A stretch of DNA of 64,000 nucleotides from a virus. Below the pieces are notes generated by a model. The model was not told where the DNA came from, made no database searches, and saw nothing but the letters and a program-made list of their open reading frames with translations. The stretch is taken from the IMG/VR virus record IMGVR_UViG_3300028197_001952, positions 13,602 through 77,601 of that record, one strand, 5' to 3'. A program made the translations under genes and the position numbers. This document shows, piece by piece, positions 43,201 to 53,297 of the stretch; the first letter of the stretch is position 1; every line of letters begins with the position of its first letter.

Positions 43201-45659
43201 CCTTCCCCTTCTACTAACTTTAAATCAGATGTAACAAAATTTATGTTTAAATGGTCTAATGCGAAATCTGAAGATGATACAAATTGGTTAACAACATCGG
43301 TTGATGATTGAGAACCACTTGAAATTAAATCATCTAAAATTTGATAACCAATTACATCATTTGTTTCTAATGCAAAATTAGGAGTTAATGGTATACAATT
43401 TTTTGAAATATCATCAACTATTGTGATTTGGTCAATTATAGGTATTGCCTGTAATTTTGATATCCAAAGAGAATCATTTAAATTAACACTAGCAGGAAGT
43501 GGTTCATATAGTTTTAAAACAAGTGATTTCTCTATATTAGTATATTCTACATCATTTGTTTCAGGATTGGTAACTTTATCTGAGAAAGTTGTTTCATCAA
43601 TTCCCCATGTTGCGATTAACTTATTATTACCTTCTCCTAAATGTAGATAGTGAGTTAAGAATGGAGAAATTGAATCTTGAAATATTGAGGAATCAAAACG
43701 ATTTACAAATGCATTTCTAATATCTGCAACAACATCTCCTCTTCTAAGATTTAAATCTCCAGCTTCGAATGAAATACTTATTTTTTCAGTTTTACCTGCA
43801 GTTAATGAATCTCCTTCTGAGTTATATGGTATTAATACTAAATCAAATTGTATTACTCCTTTAACTTCAACAGGTTTTATTTTTAAAGAGTTTAATTTTT
43901 GTAAAACATCTTTTACATTAAATGATGATACACCTGATTCTGAAAACCGTCCTAGTGATGATGTATTACTTTCACGTCCGGCATAAATCTTAATATAGTT
44001 AGTATTAATAGATTGCCAACTAATTTGAAATGGAACATTATTTCCCTTAAAATCTGCTCCTATAATGTTTTGTGGGTATTCTATGTTTGTAATATCAGGA
44101 CCAGGTATAAAAGCTCTACTTTCAACCGTTACTGATACTTTTGCGTTCTGGCTACTACCTCCTTTGTTAGAAAGTGCTTGTAAGTAAATAGTGTAATTAC
44201 CTACTCCATTATAGAAATCAGCATTACTTAGTACTAAACTACCATTTGTTTCAATTTCTCTTCTTGTTTTACCAAGAGTATAAATTACTTTATCTGCATT
44301 AACACTTCTATATGGTATTTTGACCGTTTCTTTATCAGCTAAATTTAGTTTAACTCTACTGATATCAACCGCTATACTTGGTTCGAGTGGAGATTCTTCT
44401 ACTGCAACTTTTGTAGCATTAACTACAATGTTAGTTTGTCCTGCAACTAAATCAAGAGTAAGTTCTTTAGTTCTATTAGTTTGATTTTGTCTATTACTAG
44501 GTGTATTGTATTTAAAAGATACCGTATGTGTAAAATCAGAAATACCAACAGAAGAAAATGTTATAGATGGAATTTTTTTAGCTCCTGCTATTGGGGTGTG
44601 TTCTAAATCAATTTCCCCATCAGATAATAAAAATCCACCCTGTCCCCATGATGTTTTATATTGTATTATATTATCAGAAGAAACGAAGCTTTCTATATTT
44701 ACTTCAATTGGAGTATTAACAATAGGATCTTCTTTCGGGTCTTCATTTATAATTACCTTTGTTAAATCAAATGGTAGATTAGCAAACTGAGATTTGTTAA
44801 TTGTATCTGTTATTGTATTTATTTGATTTAATAGAGGAACTTCCTTTCCATTCTTTTCTAATCTAAATTCATAGTAATCAAATTCTACTGTACTAACTGG
44901 TCTTGGTGCTTTAGGAATTCTATCTTTAGTAGGTGCAGAGTAACCTAAACTTCCTTGAGCAGAACTAAATCCACCTGTGCCTCTTCCTATATTATCGTTA
45001 AATTCAATACCTCTACCTCTAGTTTGAAGACCAAAATCATCAAAATCATTATTTCCAATAGGTATTAAATTTGGATTTACATTATCATCAAATCCCGGAC
45101 CTCTAACATTTATATCAAGTTGGTTATCAAATAAATCAAATAAATCAACTACAGGAGCTACTGTTTTAGTGAATTTTTTCTTTGTAGAATATAGTTTGTA
45201 TTCATCTTCTGAAGTAAAACCTGCTTTTACTATCTTGAAATACTGTGGTGTTAGTAGTTGTTTTCCAGTATAGTTGTATACCTTAGCTGGTGTTGATAAT
45301 GTATCCTTACCATTTAACATGATACTACCACCATTAGTAGAAGTAACATTAACTTGTATAGTTCTACTTTCTGATAATACTGTTGGTGGTTTTGATGGAT
45401 ATTTACAAGTACCATTATTAACAGTAGCTGCTTGGTTATAGTTTGTTGCATTTCTATCAGTACATCCACTTATGACAGATACAGTTCTTCCACCTCCGCC
45501 TCCACCAGAACCACGTCCTCCTCCACCAAGGTTTTGGACAAAATCTATACCTTCACCACCACCATTGAGGTTACTTCCATCTCCGAATCCGTCTCTTGAT
45601 CCTAGATTTTCGTTTCGGTTGTTACTACCTCCATCTAAATATTGATTTCCTCTAGCCAT
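40263..45659 (-). CDS. large baseplate wedge-type protein with LamG-like domain (1798 aa)
   Basis: WRRLLNNLPYL..NKGTRRAI (P2 gpI/gp7-like), TGSIDEFRLW (LamG) and one GCTD repeat. Confidence 0.65.
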   Translation of the reverse strand: MARGNQYLDGGSNNRNENLGSRDGFGDGSNLNGGGEGIDFVQNLGGGGRGSGGGGGGRTVSVISGCTDRNATNYNQAATVNNGTCKYPSKPPTVLSESRTIQVNVTSTNGGSIMLNGKDTLSTPAKVYNYTGKQLLTPQYFKIVKAGFTSEDEYKLYSTKKKFTKTVAPVVDLFDLFDNQLDINVRGPGFDDNVNPNLIPIGNNDFDDFGLQTRGRGIEFNDNIGRGTGGFSSAQGSLGYSAPTKDRIPKAPRPVSTVEFDYYEFRLEKNGKEVPLLNQINTITDTINKSQFANLPFDLTKVIINEDPKEDPIVNTPIEVNIESFVSSDNIIQYKTSWGQGGFLLSDGEIDLEHTPIAGAKKIPSITFSSVGISDFTHTVSFKYNTPSNRQNQTNRTKELTLDLVAGQTNIVVNATKVAVEESPLEPSIAVDISRVKLNLADKETVKIPYRSVNADKVIYTLGKTRREIETNGSLVLSNADFYNGVGNYTIYLQALSNKGGSSQNAKVSVTVESRAFIPGPDITNIEYPQNIIGADFKGNNVPFQISWQSINTNYIKIYAGRESNTSSLGRFSESGVSSFNVKDVLQKLNSLKIKPVEVKGVIQFDLVLIPYNSEGDSLTAGKTEKISISFEAGDLNLRRGDVVADIRNAFVNRFDSSIFQDSISPFLTHYLHLGEGNNKLIATWGIDETTFSDKVTNPETNDVEYTNIEKSLVLKLYEPLPASVNLNDSLWISKLQAIPIIDQITIVDDISKNCIPLTPNFALETNDVIGYQILDDLISSGSQSSTDVVNQFVSSSDFALDHLNINFVTSDLKLVEGEGSTGTYSLEHPSRSIDFGNFVKYSSAVERVENFVYKVKLIQSYEERYGGLVSGSSIEFGGVSSNITGAASSSVAVTNEAQRTLGKISEVKKGFDSFEKFLFTSSSISNITYPGAGQNALSASTHQASLNWYENTIVSASNFDADNSSRLVNNLPLHIKNDPEGSTFPLFFDMVGQHFDVLWLHIKGISQTKQLEHKFENGINDKLIYHMLESLGWDADMGAQSQTLWEYAFGKNSDGSTATTMSGKDRQNEIWRRLLNNLPYLQKNKGTRRAISAALSCYGIPQSMLTVMEFGGPQPGNGTSTFTYDDRTSSINISGSNSIVVPWKSHKEYYPNSVEFRLNTNQKKDQRLISANGWSLDLDYLDSGSLAKLTFNILNGATYVSSSTEQVVVFNDEYAQINVNRITGSTEDTFNVYLKEGVDGRIRNTAFTAISTPSGSSGWESGNVLTLGGSTLTGSIDEFRLWSAPLSESVIKDHTLMPEAINGNHISSSTEDLLLRLDFEYPKDRSSAGDTSIKNVSIDTTYSSFVTASNFTSITDYPHQYVVYDRSVTAQVPSSGFAPGNKVRFETQTKITDLSYRSRATKKSLDQAPLDSDKLGLFFSPTKEINLDIMKSLGGFEIDNYIGDPGDAFKTEYGELSKLRNYYFKRFNLNIGEYIQLVRYIDKSLFDVLESLVPARAKVATGILISPHILERSKIEQRPTTASPHNHAGVVKVEHTIKSTDNVVSGKLSAQDDTKLKGNKNDFNGLVDSTTSTNLVGSYQTINATLDINNLTKEQGFITRNSGSDMAGISFNIDASITGSIQGEFDGTIFNQVGMDPDSLTVAGFGLYGENGHAIITKLDKDNNFYKVRKRVDVITESYTVDVPENINSSDSSMGRHFVTQTFERKKISFRNFADSGSITGNNIVSVVPLDGYVPYHYRNVGDLTSGLENSFSNGSKQTSKTTLDGGSPVQTFTTNPNTLRVSDSGRGSGEPILEVD

Positions 45660-45662
45660 GTA

Positions 45663-45671
45663 TATAAATAT
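45663..45671 (-). promoter_or_regulatory. putative late promoter ATATTTATA (representative copy)
   Basis: The same 9-mer occurs on the coding strand at + coordinates 7526, 19897, 21544, 31271, 36981, 38197, 40210, 45663, 53267, 56363 and 58688, each shortly upstream of a start codon. Confidence 0.75.
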
Positions 45672-45686
45672 CTTTATTTAACATTG

Positions 45687-47723
45687 TTATAACTCTCTTG
45701 GGGTTCGTGGTCTTTTCAAAACAACTTCATCTCCTCTACCACGAGAAAGATCTAAATTTTCTTCAAGATTAAATTCAAAATTATCTGCATATCCTGTTCC
45801 TGTTCCTCTTCCTCCAGTTTGTGTACCTGTTCCAATAACTATTGGTGTTGATATAGGAGTTGTTGGTGGTTTCACTACCGGTTTTGGTTGTGGTGGCAAA
45901 GGTGGTGGATTTGGATTAGGTTTTGGTGATGGAGGTGGTGTTGGTTTTATAACAACAACTGGCGGTGTTGGTTTAGGTTGTTGTGTAACACAAGGTCCTA
46001 ACTCAATACATACAATACCAGGTCCTTTTGATATAGAACCTTTTTGAGCACATATAGTTGTTGTATCACCAGGTAGTAAATTACTCGATGTTTTGGTATT
46101 ACCCACTGCATCTTTATATGTTACTGATAATGGAACTGTTACTACACCACGTCCAGGTTTTTGGAAAAATCTATTTCTTTCAAAACCACCCATTCCACGA
46201 TTACCTTTGTTTTGGTTCATTGAACGATTATCAGCTCCAGGTCCATAATTATTCATATAATCTTCATTTATTCCACCCGCAGGAGATAGTAGATTTGGGA
46301 AGTTGTTACTATTTCTAACACTATACATACGAGTTGATACTGTTTTAACTGGTTTAGGCGTTTCCCTAACATCTCCACTAAACTTAATAGTGGCTTTATC
46401 ATATGTGATGTTAAATGAATCATACTCAACTCCGTTAACAATCTTTGAATTTCCATTTTGCTTATATTTGATAGTTCCGGTTGCTGACCATACATAATAG
46501 TTTTTAGTAATTGTATCAACTCTACCTTTATATTTACACGTACCATCATCCTTAGTAGCATTTCTATTATAATTAAGTGCAGCTGGATCGGTACATCCTT
46601 TGATTGCTGGTTCTTCTTCTTCAACTTCTTCAACTTCTTCAACTACTTTATACCTACAACTACCATCATTATCTTGTGCCAATGAATTGTAATTTTCAGC
46701 TTTGGGGTCAGTACATCCCCTTACTCGTGCATTAACTTTATCTGGAACAGTTGAAGTAAATGATGAATTAGCTGTAACAGATTTCAATATCTGTGAAACT
46801 TTGTCAAATGTTATTTGTTCTTCTTTACTTAAAATACTATCTCTTTGTATATCTCTTTTTGGTAAATAAAAATCAATAATATTAATTAAAGATTGTTGTG
46901 CATCTCTTTCTAGTTGTGGTATTGATAAATCAATACAATCCGATTTGTCTCCCAATGCATTACCATAATTTACATCATTAATACTCCAATTTCTATTTGA
47001 AGCATAATAATTCATTGATTCAATAAATTTTGTTTTGATTCTGTTTATTAATATTTCAAAACTAGGTATATTGAATTCTGTTTTAATTGTATTTATATAT
47101 TCAACTCCATCACTTTCTGTTCCTTTTGACATTAAGAAATCTTGAAGTATTTTTTCTAAATCTAAATTTTCAATAAAAACGTTAATATAATAAATTACAT
47201 CATCTCTAAATGTTGTATTATCAAGAAATACATTTAATCTTTTTTCTAAATCTTTGTTTGCTCCCTTTGCTCTATTCGGTAAAATTCTAATCTCAGTTCT
47301 TGATGCGGATATCTCATGTACCCATAAATTATTTTCATCAGGAACATCTGTACCCAATCTTCTATTTAAAAGAGTTACTTGAGTTTTGAATATTCCATTA
47401 GAATATCCCGCTTCTCTAATTAATTTTTCAATATCTACTATAAATTCAGGAGTTCCGTTTGATTTTTTAGTAAATTCATTATCTGAAATTATAAAGTAAT
47501 CGTTAATATTTACATCATCAATATAAATGTATCTTACTAACTTACCATCATCTCCTTGTGGTAGTTGGTTTTCACTTGAATCAAATAATATAAATTCGAT
47601 CATATCAGAACAACCTAACCCAAAGTTAGATTTAGATATTTCTTTTTCAAATACCTTTCTATCTTCAGAGTCAACCTTGTACCCTTTTCTATCAATAATC
47701 TCTTTAAATCCCTCTATCGCCAT
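45687..47723 (-). CDS. putative virion protein with two GCTDP repeats and a Pro-rich tail
   Basis: EISASRTEIR, two GCTDP..NYN..DG.C.Y units and a PKPTPP region. Confidence 0.55.
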   Translation of the reverse strand: MAIEGFKEIIDRKGYKVDSEDRKVFEKEISKSNFGLGCSDMIEFILFDSSENQLPQGDDGKLVRYIYIDDVNINDYFIISDNEFTKKSNGTPEFIVDIEKLIREAGYSNGIFKTQVTLLNRRLGTDVPDENNLWVHEISASRTEIRILPNRAKGANKDLEKRLNVFLDNTTFRDDVIYYINVFIENLDLEKILQDFLMSKGTESDGVEYINTIKTEFNIPSFEILINRIKTKFIESMNYYASNRNWSINDVNYGNALGDKSDCIDLSIPQLERDAQQSLINIIDFYLPKRDIQRDSILSKEEQITFDKVSQILKSVTANSSFTSTVPDKVNARVRGCTDPKAENYNSLAQDNDGSCRYKVVEEVEEVEEEEPAIKGCTDPAALNYNRNATKDDGTCKYKGRVDTITKNYYVWSATGTIKYKQNGNSKIVNGVEYDSFNITYDKATIKFSGDVRETPKPVKTVSTRMYSVRNSNNFPNLLSPAGGINEDYMNNYGPGADNRSMNQNKGNRGMGGFERNRFFQKPGRGVVTVPLSVTYKDAVGNTKTSSNLLPGDTTTICAQKGSISKGPGIVCIELGPCVTQQPKPTPPVVVIKPTPPPSPKPNPNPPPLPPQPKPVVKPPTTPISTPIVIGTGTQTGGRGTGTGYADNFEFNLEENLDLSRGRGDEVVLKRPRTPREL

Positions 47724-49063
47724 TATCCTTTTTTATTTTTTCTAACCTTCCAAGTAAGGTCTTCTATTTTTACATTACCAGTACCATCTTCAAATTCAAT
47801 TTCTATTTTAAATTTACCACTATAATCTCTCGCTTTGTTAGTCCATGATTTTGGTTTTGGTTTATTCTTTCCACCAATTGATTTTCTAAAGTAAAATGGT
47901 TCTGAATATTCTTGTCCTTGTTCAATATTTACATTTACTGATTGTTTCATTCCACTACTATCATTACCAAGACCTATTACTTTTCCTTCAATACCTCCAC
48001 CAGATGTTTGTATTAATTTAATCTTAGTTATTTTCTTCCCATCATCTCTAAGATTCTTTACCTTTATTACACCAGCTTTACCACTAGATTTTGCTTTTTT
48101 CCTTGCAGTTGTCCATTTTGCACCGTTTTCTTCACCAGGATCCTGGTCACTTACAACGGCAAAATAAACTTCATTACCAGCAGTTGGTGTTAATCCACTT
48201 GCTGCCGCCGCACTTTCTGCAGCTGCTCCTGATACTTGACTTTCCAGTTGTGATACAATACCTTTTTGTACTTCAAGGAGTTCTTTTAAGGTAGCTTTTT
48301 GTGCTTGTAATCCTCGAACTTGTGCAGTAAGAGAAACTCTCTCTATACCTTCCTTAGTACCTTTAATAAGAGACTGTTGGAAATCTGATAATAGTTTTGT
48401 AAACCTATCATTTGCAACTTCGGTCTCATCTTCAGCAGCTGCTCTTTGTAGTAATGCAGAATCTTCTGAGATTTCTAGTTGTGCTACAATGCTTCTTAAT
48501 TCTTCACTAATTGCTATTTGTTCATTTAACTCTACTACCTTTTCTTGTAATTCTCCTACTTTGGAATCAAACCTTGCTTGAAGTTTATCATATTTTTCCT
48601 TAAGTATAAAAGGACCTTTTTTAGGTTTTTGTTTTTTTATTAACTCATCAACCTTAACATCTAAAGATTTTTGTAGTTCCTGTTCGTTATATTTTGGCTT
48701 TTCAATGTATCCAGATGTTTCTCCACTAAATCTTTCTTGTTCTTCTTGTATAGTATCAAATTCATCGGTATCTATCCAATCTGATTTATATTTTACAGAA
48801 TTTGGATTTTTTGTATCTCGTATTGGTTTCATACCATACTTAACAAATGGTCTTTTCTCTTTTAACCAACTAACAGATTTACCTCTTTTTTTGAACTTAA
48901 CAAATTGTTTTGCATCTTCTTTAGATAATTTATTTGGGACATTTCTCCCATCCATTTTGCGCACCATGATAGAACCAGTTTTTTTATCTCTAGTTTTATC
49001 TATTTCTTTAGAACCTTTTTTTAAAAGTTCACTAACTCTATAATCTTCAGGTTTAGCTGCCAT
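47723..49063 (-). CDS. coiled-coil hypothetical protein
   Basis: Heptad-rich centre; lies in the structural operon. Confidence 0.5.
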   Translation of the reverse strand: MAAKPEDYRVSELLKKGSKEIDKTRDKKTGSIMVRKMDGRNVPNKLSKEDAKQFVKFKKRGKSVSWLKEKRPFVKYGMKPIRDTKNPNSVKYKSDWIDTDEFDTIQEEQERFSGETSGYIEKPKYNEQELQKSLDVKVDELIKKQKPKKGPFILKEKYDKLQARFDSKVGELQEKVVELNEQIAISEELRSIVAQLEISEDSALLQRAAAEDETEVANDRFTKLLSDFQQSLIKGTKEGIERVSLTAQVRGLQAQKATLKELLEVQKGIVSQLESQVSGAAAESAAAASGLTPTAGNEVYFAVVSDQDPGEENGAKWTTARKKAKSSGKAGVIKVKNLRDDGKKITKIKLIQTSGGGIEGKVIGLGNDSSGMKQSVNVNIEQGQEYSEPFYFRKSIGGKNKPKPKSWTNKARDYSGKFKIEIEFEDGTGNVKIEDLTWKVRKNKKG

Positions 49064-49064
49064 T

Positions 49065-50126
49065 TTACAATTCTACGGTGAATGTCAAATCTTTATCTTC
49101 AAAGTATTCTATTACACCATTTCTATTTATCTTTGTTTCAATATAATAATCTCTATTAATTTCCCAATTTGTTAAATTTAATTTAAAGAAGTGTCCGTTT
49201 GCATCACAACTAACTTTAGTATAGGTATCATCAAATGGAACAACTACTTCACCAGTTACTATATCTTTAATTTGATAATAAACGGTTGATGGTAAGTATT
49301 TAACATCTTTATAAGAATATGTGTTGGCGTAAGTCTTAAGAGGATATTTTTCTCTTGCAAAAACTCTTATTGTTGGTTTACTTCCTCTCTTATATGTAGT
49401 TTTTAATCTTTTGAATGTTACATGTATATCATCTGATGTAAGTTCTGTGAGAGAACCAGTATTATACGTAGAATCATCCCAACCAATTCTTAATTTAGGT
49501 TGGTAAATAGTATTTGTTTCTTTTGAAAAGAATTTTAACTGTCCATAATCTTCAGTATCATTTTCTAATGCAGAATCATGCATTAGGATTAATCCATTAT
49601 TTGGGAATGTACCTGCCACCCACTTATTAATTGGTTCTAATATGTTCATTGCCATATCAGCTGATTGATATTCAAATGATTGAGATACTGCAGAACCAGT
49701 TAGCCACATTCCTCCCTTACCATTATGTGAACCTGAACTCTCTAATGAAGCTGAACCGATTAACCAATTAGAAGAAGATGTTCTCTTGTTCCAAGTACAA
49801 CCATCGGTTGATATTTTATCAAATCTAGTACCAATACCACCATCCCATGATTGAGAAATTGCATATCCGTATATTGTGTAATCTGTTGGAATCTCTACAG
49901 ATTCACATTCTCTAAGTACTAAATCTGCGGATGATGCCGTGATTTCTCCACTTGCGATTGAAGAAGATATTTCATTTGTATTAAATTGAATTAATGTATG
50001 TGCAATATCTTTTAAATTACCATAATATGTTTTAGATATTTCCAATATCTCATCTCTACCAGTATTTTGAGATGGTTGTTGTAAATAAATTGTTGAATCT
50101 TTTGATGCTGTTACGAAATAATACAT
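49065..50126 (-). CDS. virion structural protein
   Basis: KDSTIY..NTGRDEILEI, NNGLIL and FFSKET..IYQPKL; directly follows the gp6-like gene. Confidence 0.6.
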   Translation of the reverse strand: MYYFVTASKDSTIYLQQPSQNTGRDEILEISKTYYGNLKDIAHTLIQFNTNEISSSIASGEITASSADLVLRECESVEIPTDYTIYGYAISQSWDGGIGTRFDKISTDGCTWNKRTSSSNWLIGSASLESSGSHNGKGGMWLTGSAVSQSFEYQSADMAMNILEPINKWVAGTFPNNGLILMHDSALENDTEDYGQLKFFSKETNTIYQPKLRIGWDDSTYNTGSLTELTSDDIHVTFKRLKTTYKRGSKPTIRVFAREKYPLKTYANTYSYKDVKYLPSTVYYQIKDIVTGEVVVPFDDTYTKVSCDANGHFFKLNLTNWEINRDYYIETKINRNGVIEYFEDKDLTFTVEL

Positions 50127-52141
50127 TATACCACCCTCCCTTTTAAATCTTTGTTAGGAAACTTAACTTCAAATACTGATGGGTCTAAAGATGGGTAAAC
50201 CATTTTACCTTTAGTTGCATCTGATATATTATATGAATGAGATGAGTAACTTCCTAAACATTTATTTACTATCTCACACTTTGGTACGGATTGAACTCCC
50301 TCAACACCTGCGATTAATAACTCTATTTCAGAGATATTAATAGCCATGTTAAATGTCCAATTATCTATATTAAAGTAATTTGCTAAGGATTGTTGAACCT
50401 TAACTAATACTTCTCTTTTATTATATCCTCCATAAACTCTTATTTCAAAATCACATCCAATGTTTATAACATAACCATCAATTAAATTAATACCATCTGT
50501 TAACATTCTGTATTCACTAATGTATGTTTTTAGGTTTTCTTTAACTGCTTGGTTTAATGTTGATATATTTTTATTATTATCATATCCAAGTAAATATAGG
50601 TTAATTGCAAGTGGATTGTTTTTCTCAGTTACATTACTCTTTTTACTACCTAAGAACTTAGTTACTTCTGTTTTTATTTCATCTTCAGTCTTATTAGAAC
50701 CACCAAGTGATTGAACTAATCCTGTAAATTCTTCAAGTGAATTTGGATTACTTAAAATTGAAGCTGGAGAATTATTATCTAACTCACCATCAGGTGCACA
50801 ATAAGCTTTCGCGATACCACCAAATTTAGGTGGTAAAGATAATGCTCTTACTTGGTAATCTTTACGAGTTACTGCTCTGTTTTGAGCTCCGAAGTTTGCT
50901 AGTGCATTTTCTCTAATCTCTTCAATTGTATCTCCTCCTCTTCCTCCAGTTCCAGGTTCTTCATTATCACAAGCTACTGAACTCTTAGATGTGTTATATA
51001 ATGCCAGTTCAGATGGTTGAAATGATATACCATCATCATCAAAAGTAATTGTTTCAATATTATTTAATTCACCAACACCACAATTTGATTTAACTCCACC
51101 TCCTACTAAATAAGATACGGTAAATACACCTTTGGGAGCTTGTCCATATGATTGTGTTTTTAGAAAGTTTGAAGGATCATAAAATGCACCCATTTTATCA
51201 ATAGAAGAATTAAGACCTAATCCTACATTTTTAAAAGTAGGAACTAATTGTTCATCTGATGAGGTTGAATTACCTGAACCGAATATAATTGATGTTGTAT
51301 TATTTTGATTTACTTTTGTTGTAAATCGTCTTGATGTTTTTAAAACTTTAAGAACATTTGGTACAGATTCTTTGAATTGAGCTAAATCTTTATCATTTTG
51401 TTCTGTGTTTGCATAATCAACATATACCATCTCTTGTGCTAGATATGGAACTTGATACCATTTATTACCATTAGAATCCCTTACATCGTAAATATCAATT
51501 ACATTTCTATCACCAATCATTATTTTAGAAAATTGTTGAGGTGATGCTCCAAAATCATATTCAATAGTTTTTAATTCCGCCGATTGTGCATTTACATATT
51601 TTTTCAATAAGTATGTTGTAGGTGTTCCAGCATCAGTTTGATATATTGAAATTTCTCTATTATCTTCTACATTAAAATCTAATAACTCTGTTGTTCTAAA
51701 TCTGGTACCTGTTTTTGATGCTACAACTACCATTCCTTCTCTAATTCTTAAACAATATTCTAAATCAGGTCTAACATTTTCTCCTATCCCAATTGCAGGT
51801 ACTGTTTGATATACTGCAAGATTAACAATAGATGCTGATGTTACTCTTGGTTTATATCCAAGGTATTCAGCAAGTGCAACTACATTCTGTTTATCTTCAG
51901 AATATAACATTAATGATTCTTTCAATGAATCATCTGTATAATAAGATAATACATCACCAAGATATGATGCCATTTCTATGAACATCATTCCTGGAGAAGA
52001 TTCGTTAAAATCAGAATAGGTTTGTGGGAAATATGTTTTTGCGTAATCAATTAAGTTTTCTCTAAATTTTGAGAAATCTTTATTAAGGTACTTTATATCC
52101 CTACCTGAATTTGATTTTTTTGTTACTTGATTTAATGCCAT
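50126..52141 (-). CDS. baseplate wedge protein, T4 gp6-like
   Basis: DFNESSPGMMFIEMASYLGDVLSYY and AQNRAVTRKDY. Confidence 0.85.
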   Translation of the reverse strand: MALNQVTKKSNSGRDIKYLNKDFSKFRENLIDYAKTYFPQTYSDFNESSPGMMFIEMASYLGDVLSYYTDDSLKESLMLYSEDKQNVVALAEYLGYKPRVTSASIVNLAVYQTVPAIGIGENVRPDLEYCLRIREGMVVVASKTGTRFRTTELLDFNVEDNREISIYQTDAGTPTTYLLKKYVNAQSAELKTIEYDFGASPQQFSKIMIGDRNVIDIYDVRDSNGNKWYQVPYLAQEMVYVDYANTEQNDKDLAQFKESVPNVLKVLKTSRRFTTKVNQNNTTSIIFGSGNSTSSDEQLVPTFKNVGLGLNSSIDKMGAFYDPSNFLKTQSYGQAPKGVFTVSYLVGGGVKSNCGVGELNNIETITFDDDGISFQPSELALYNTSKSSVACDNEEPGTGGRGGDTIEEIRENALANFGAQNRAVTRKDYQVRALSLPPKFGGIAKAYCAPDGELDNNSPASILSNPNSLEEFTGLVQSLGGSNKTEDEIKTEVTKFLGSKKSNVTEKNNPLAINLYLLGYDNNKNISTLNQAVKENLKTYISEYRMLTDGINLIDGYVINIGCDFEIRVYGGYNKREVLVKVQQSLANYFNIDNWTFNMAINISEIELLIAGVEGVQSVPKCEIVNKCLGSYSSHSYNISDATKGKMVYPSLDPSVFEVKFPNKDLKGRVV

Positions 52142-52147
52142 CTCTTT

Positions 52148-52582
52148 TTATGCCTCTATGTTGAATGTTATTTCTTGTTCTTTAAATTGCCCACCAACTG
52201 AAAACTTTAGTTTTACTATCGCTCTATTTAAATCCTTCATTTCATCGGTCATCTGTACTTCTATTTCATCAATATCAATATATGGTAACCAATAATTAAC
52301 ACTAGTTGTTATTGCATCTTCAATTTTATCTTCTAATACCCCATCAGTAAGTGGTTCGAATAATAAAGCTGCTAGACCAGTTCCAAAATCAGGTTGAAAA
52401 GGTCTTTCTCCTTTTCTAGTTAATAGTAAATTTTTTAAATTACTTTTTGCCGCTTCAAACGAGGAATATGATTGAGAAAACATAGTACCATTTCCTGGTT
52501 GTAGAGGTAAAGTAATTCCATACGCGGAGTTCGAAAACTCTTCGGTATCTTTTACTATTTTCTTATCTAGAATGTAAGCCAT
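52148..52582 (-). CDS. baseplate wedge / sheath initiator, T4 gp25-like
   Basis: NLKNLLLTRKGERPFQPDFGTGL..LLFEP. Confidence 0.9.
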   Translation of the reverse strand: MAYILDKKIVKDTEEFSNSAYGITLPLQPGNGTMFSQSYSSFEAAKSNLKNLLLTRKGERPFQPDFGTGLAALLFEPLTDGVLEDKIEDAITTSVNYWLPYIDIDEIEVQMTDEMKDLNRAIVKLKFSVGGQFKEQEITFNIEA

Positions 52583-52591
52583 CTTTTTTTA

Positions 52592-53245
52592 CTATCTTGT
52601 TTTAAACTTTTTAACTAATGCAGAATTATCTCTGTTTAGAATTCTATCTAAACCAGGTAATCCTGTTTGTACACCCAATCCTGTTTTACTTGGTTGAGTT
52701 CCAACTGATTGATATCCCATTTTATGAGCCATCTGAGCTCTCATTGCTTCTGGTCCACCCGCTCCTAATGATGTACTCATATTAACTGTTTGGTCAATAT
52801 CTGGTTCTGCATCCATATAAGAAGGTATATGAGTATTTTCTTGAACTTGTTGTGTTTGTGTTGGCAAATTATCTAATACAGATGCTCCACCTCCTGGTGT
52901 TCCTCCACCTGCTCTTTGAGCTTTTGAAAATGGAGTTGTTTGGTTTAAAACTTGATTTAAAACCGCGTTCTTTGAAAATGTTCTTTGTGTTGTTTGTATG
53001 TTTTCTTGTATTGGAACAACCGTTGCTGATTGTTCTACTCGAAGAGCTTCATTTGCCATATCAAATGGATCTTGTACTTTCTTCTTTAATACTTTTTTTG
53101 GTACATTTGTAACTTCCAATAATCTTTTACTAACTTCAGCTTCTAAGATTTTCGGAAATGTTTTAGACAAAAATAGTGTTTGCTTTTTAGCAACTTCTAC
53201 TTCAACTAGTGCCTTTATTACTTTAATTAATTGTTTGTTATTCAT
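52592..53245 (-). CDS. hypothetical late protein
   Basis: 217-aa ORF with a late motif upstream. Confidence 0.5.
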   Translation of the reverse strand: MNNKQLIKVIKALVEVEVAKKQTLFLSKTFPKILEAEVSKRLLEVTNVPKKVLKKKVQDPFDMANEALRVEQSATVVPIQENIQTTQRTFSKNAVLNQVLNQTTPFSKAQRAGGGTPGGGASVLDNLPTQTQQVQENTHIPSYMDAEPDIDQTVNMSTSLGAGGPEAMRAQMAHKMGYQSVGTQPSKTGLGVQTGLPGLDRILNRDNSALVKKFKTR

Positions 53246-53297
53246 TTCTAATTCTTGTTATCTTACTATAAATATATCTTTGTTGATTTTATGGTTC

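Noticed and set aside
372-52594. Stop-codon recoding (the TAG stops I checked are followed closely by TAA/TGA)
   Set aside because: Genes are full-length and tightly packed under code 11, and backup stops are expected in AT-rich DNA.
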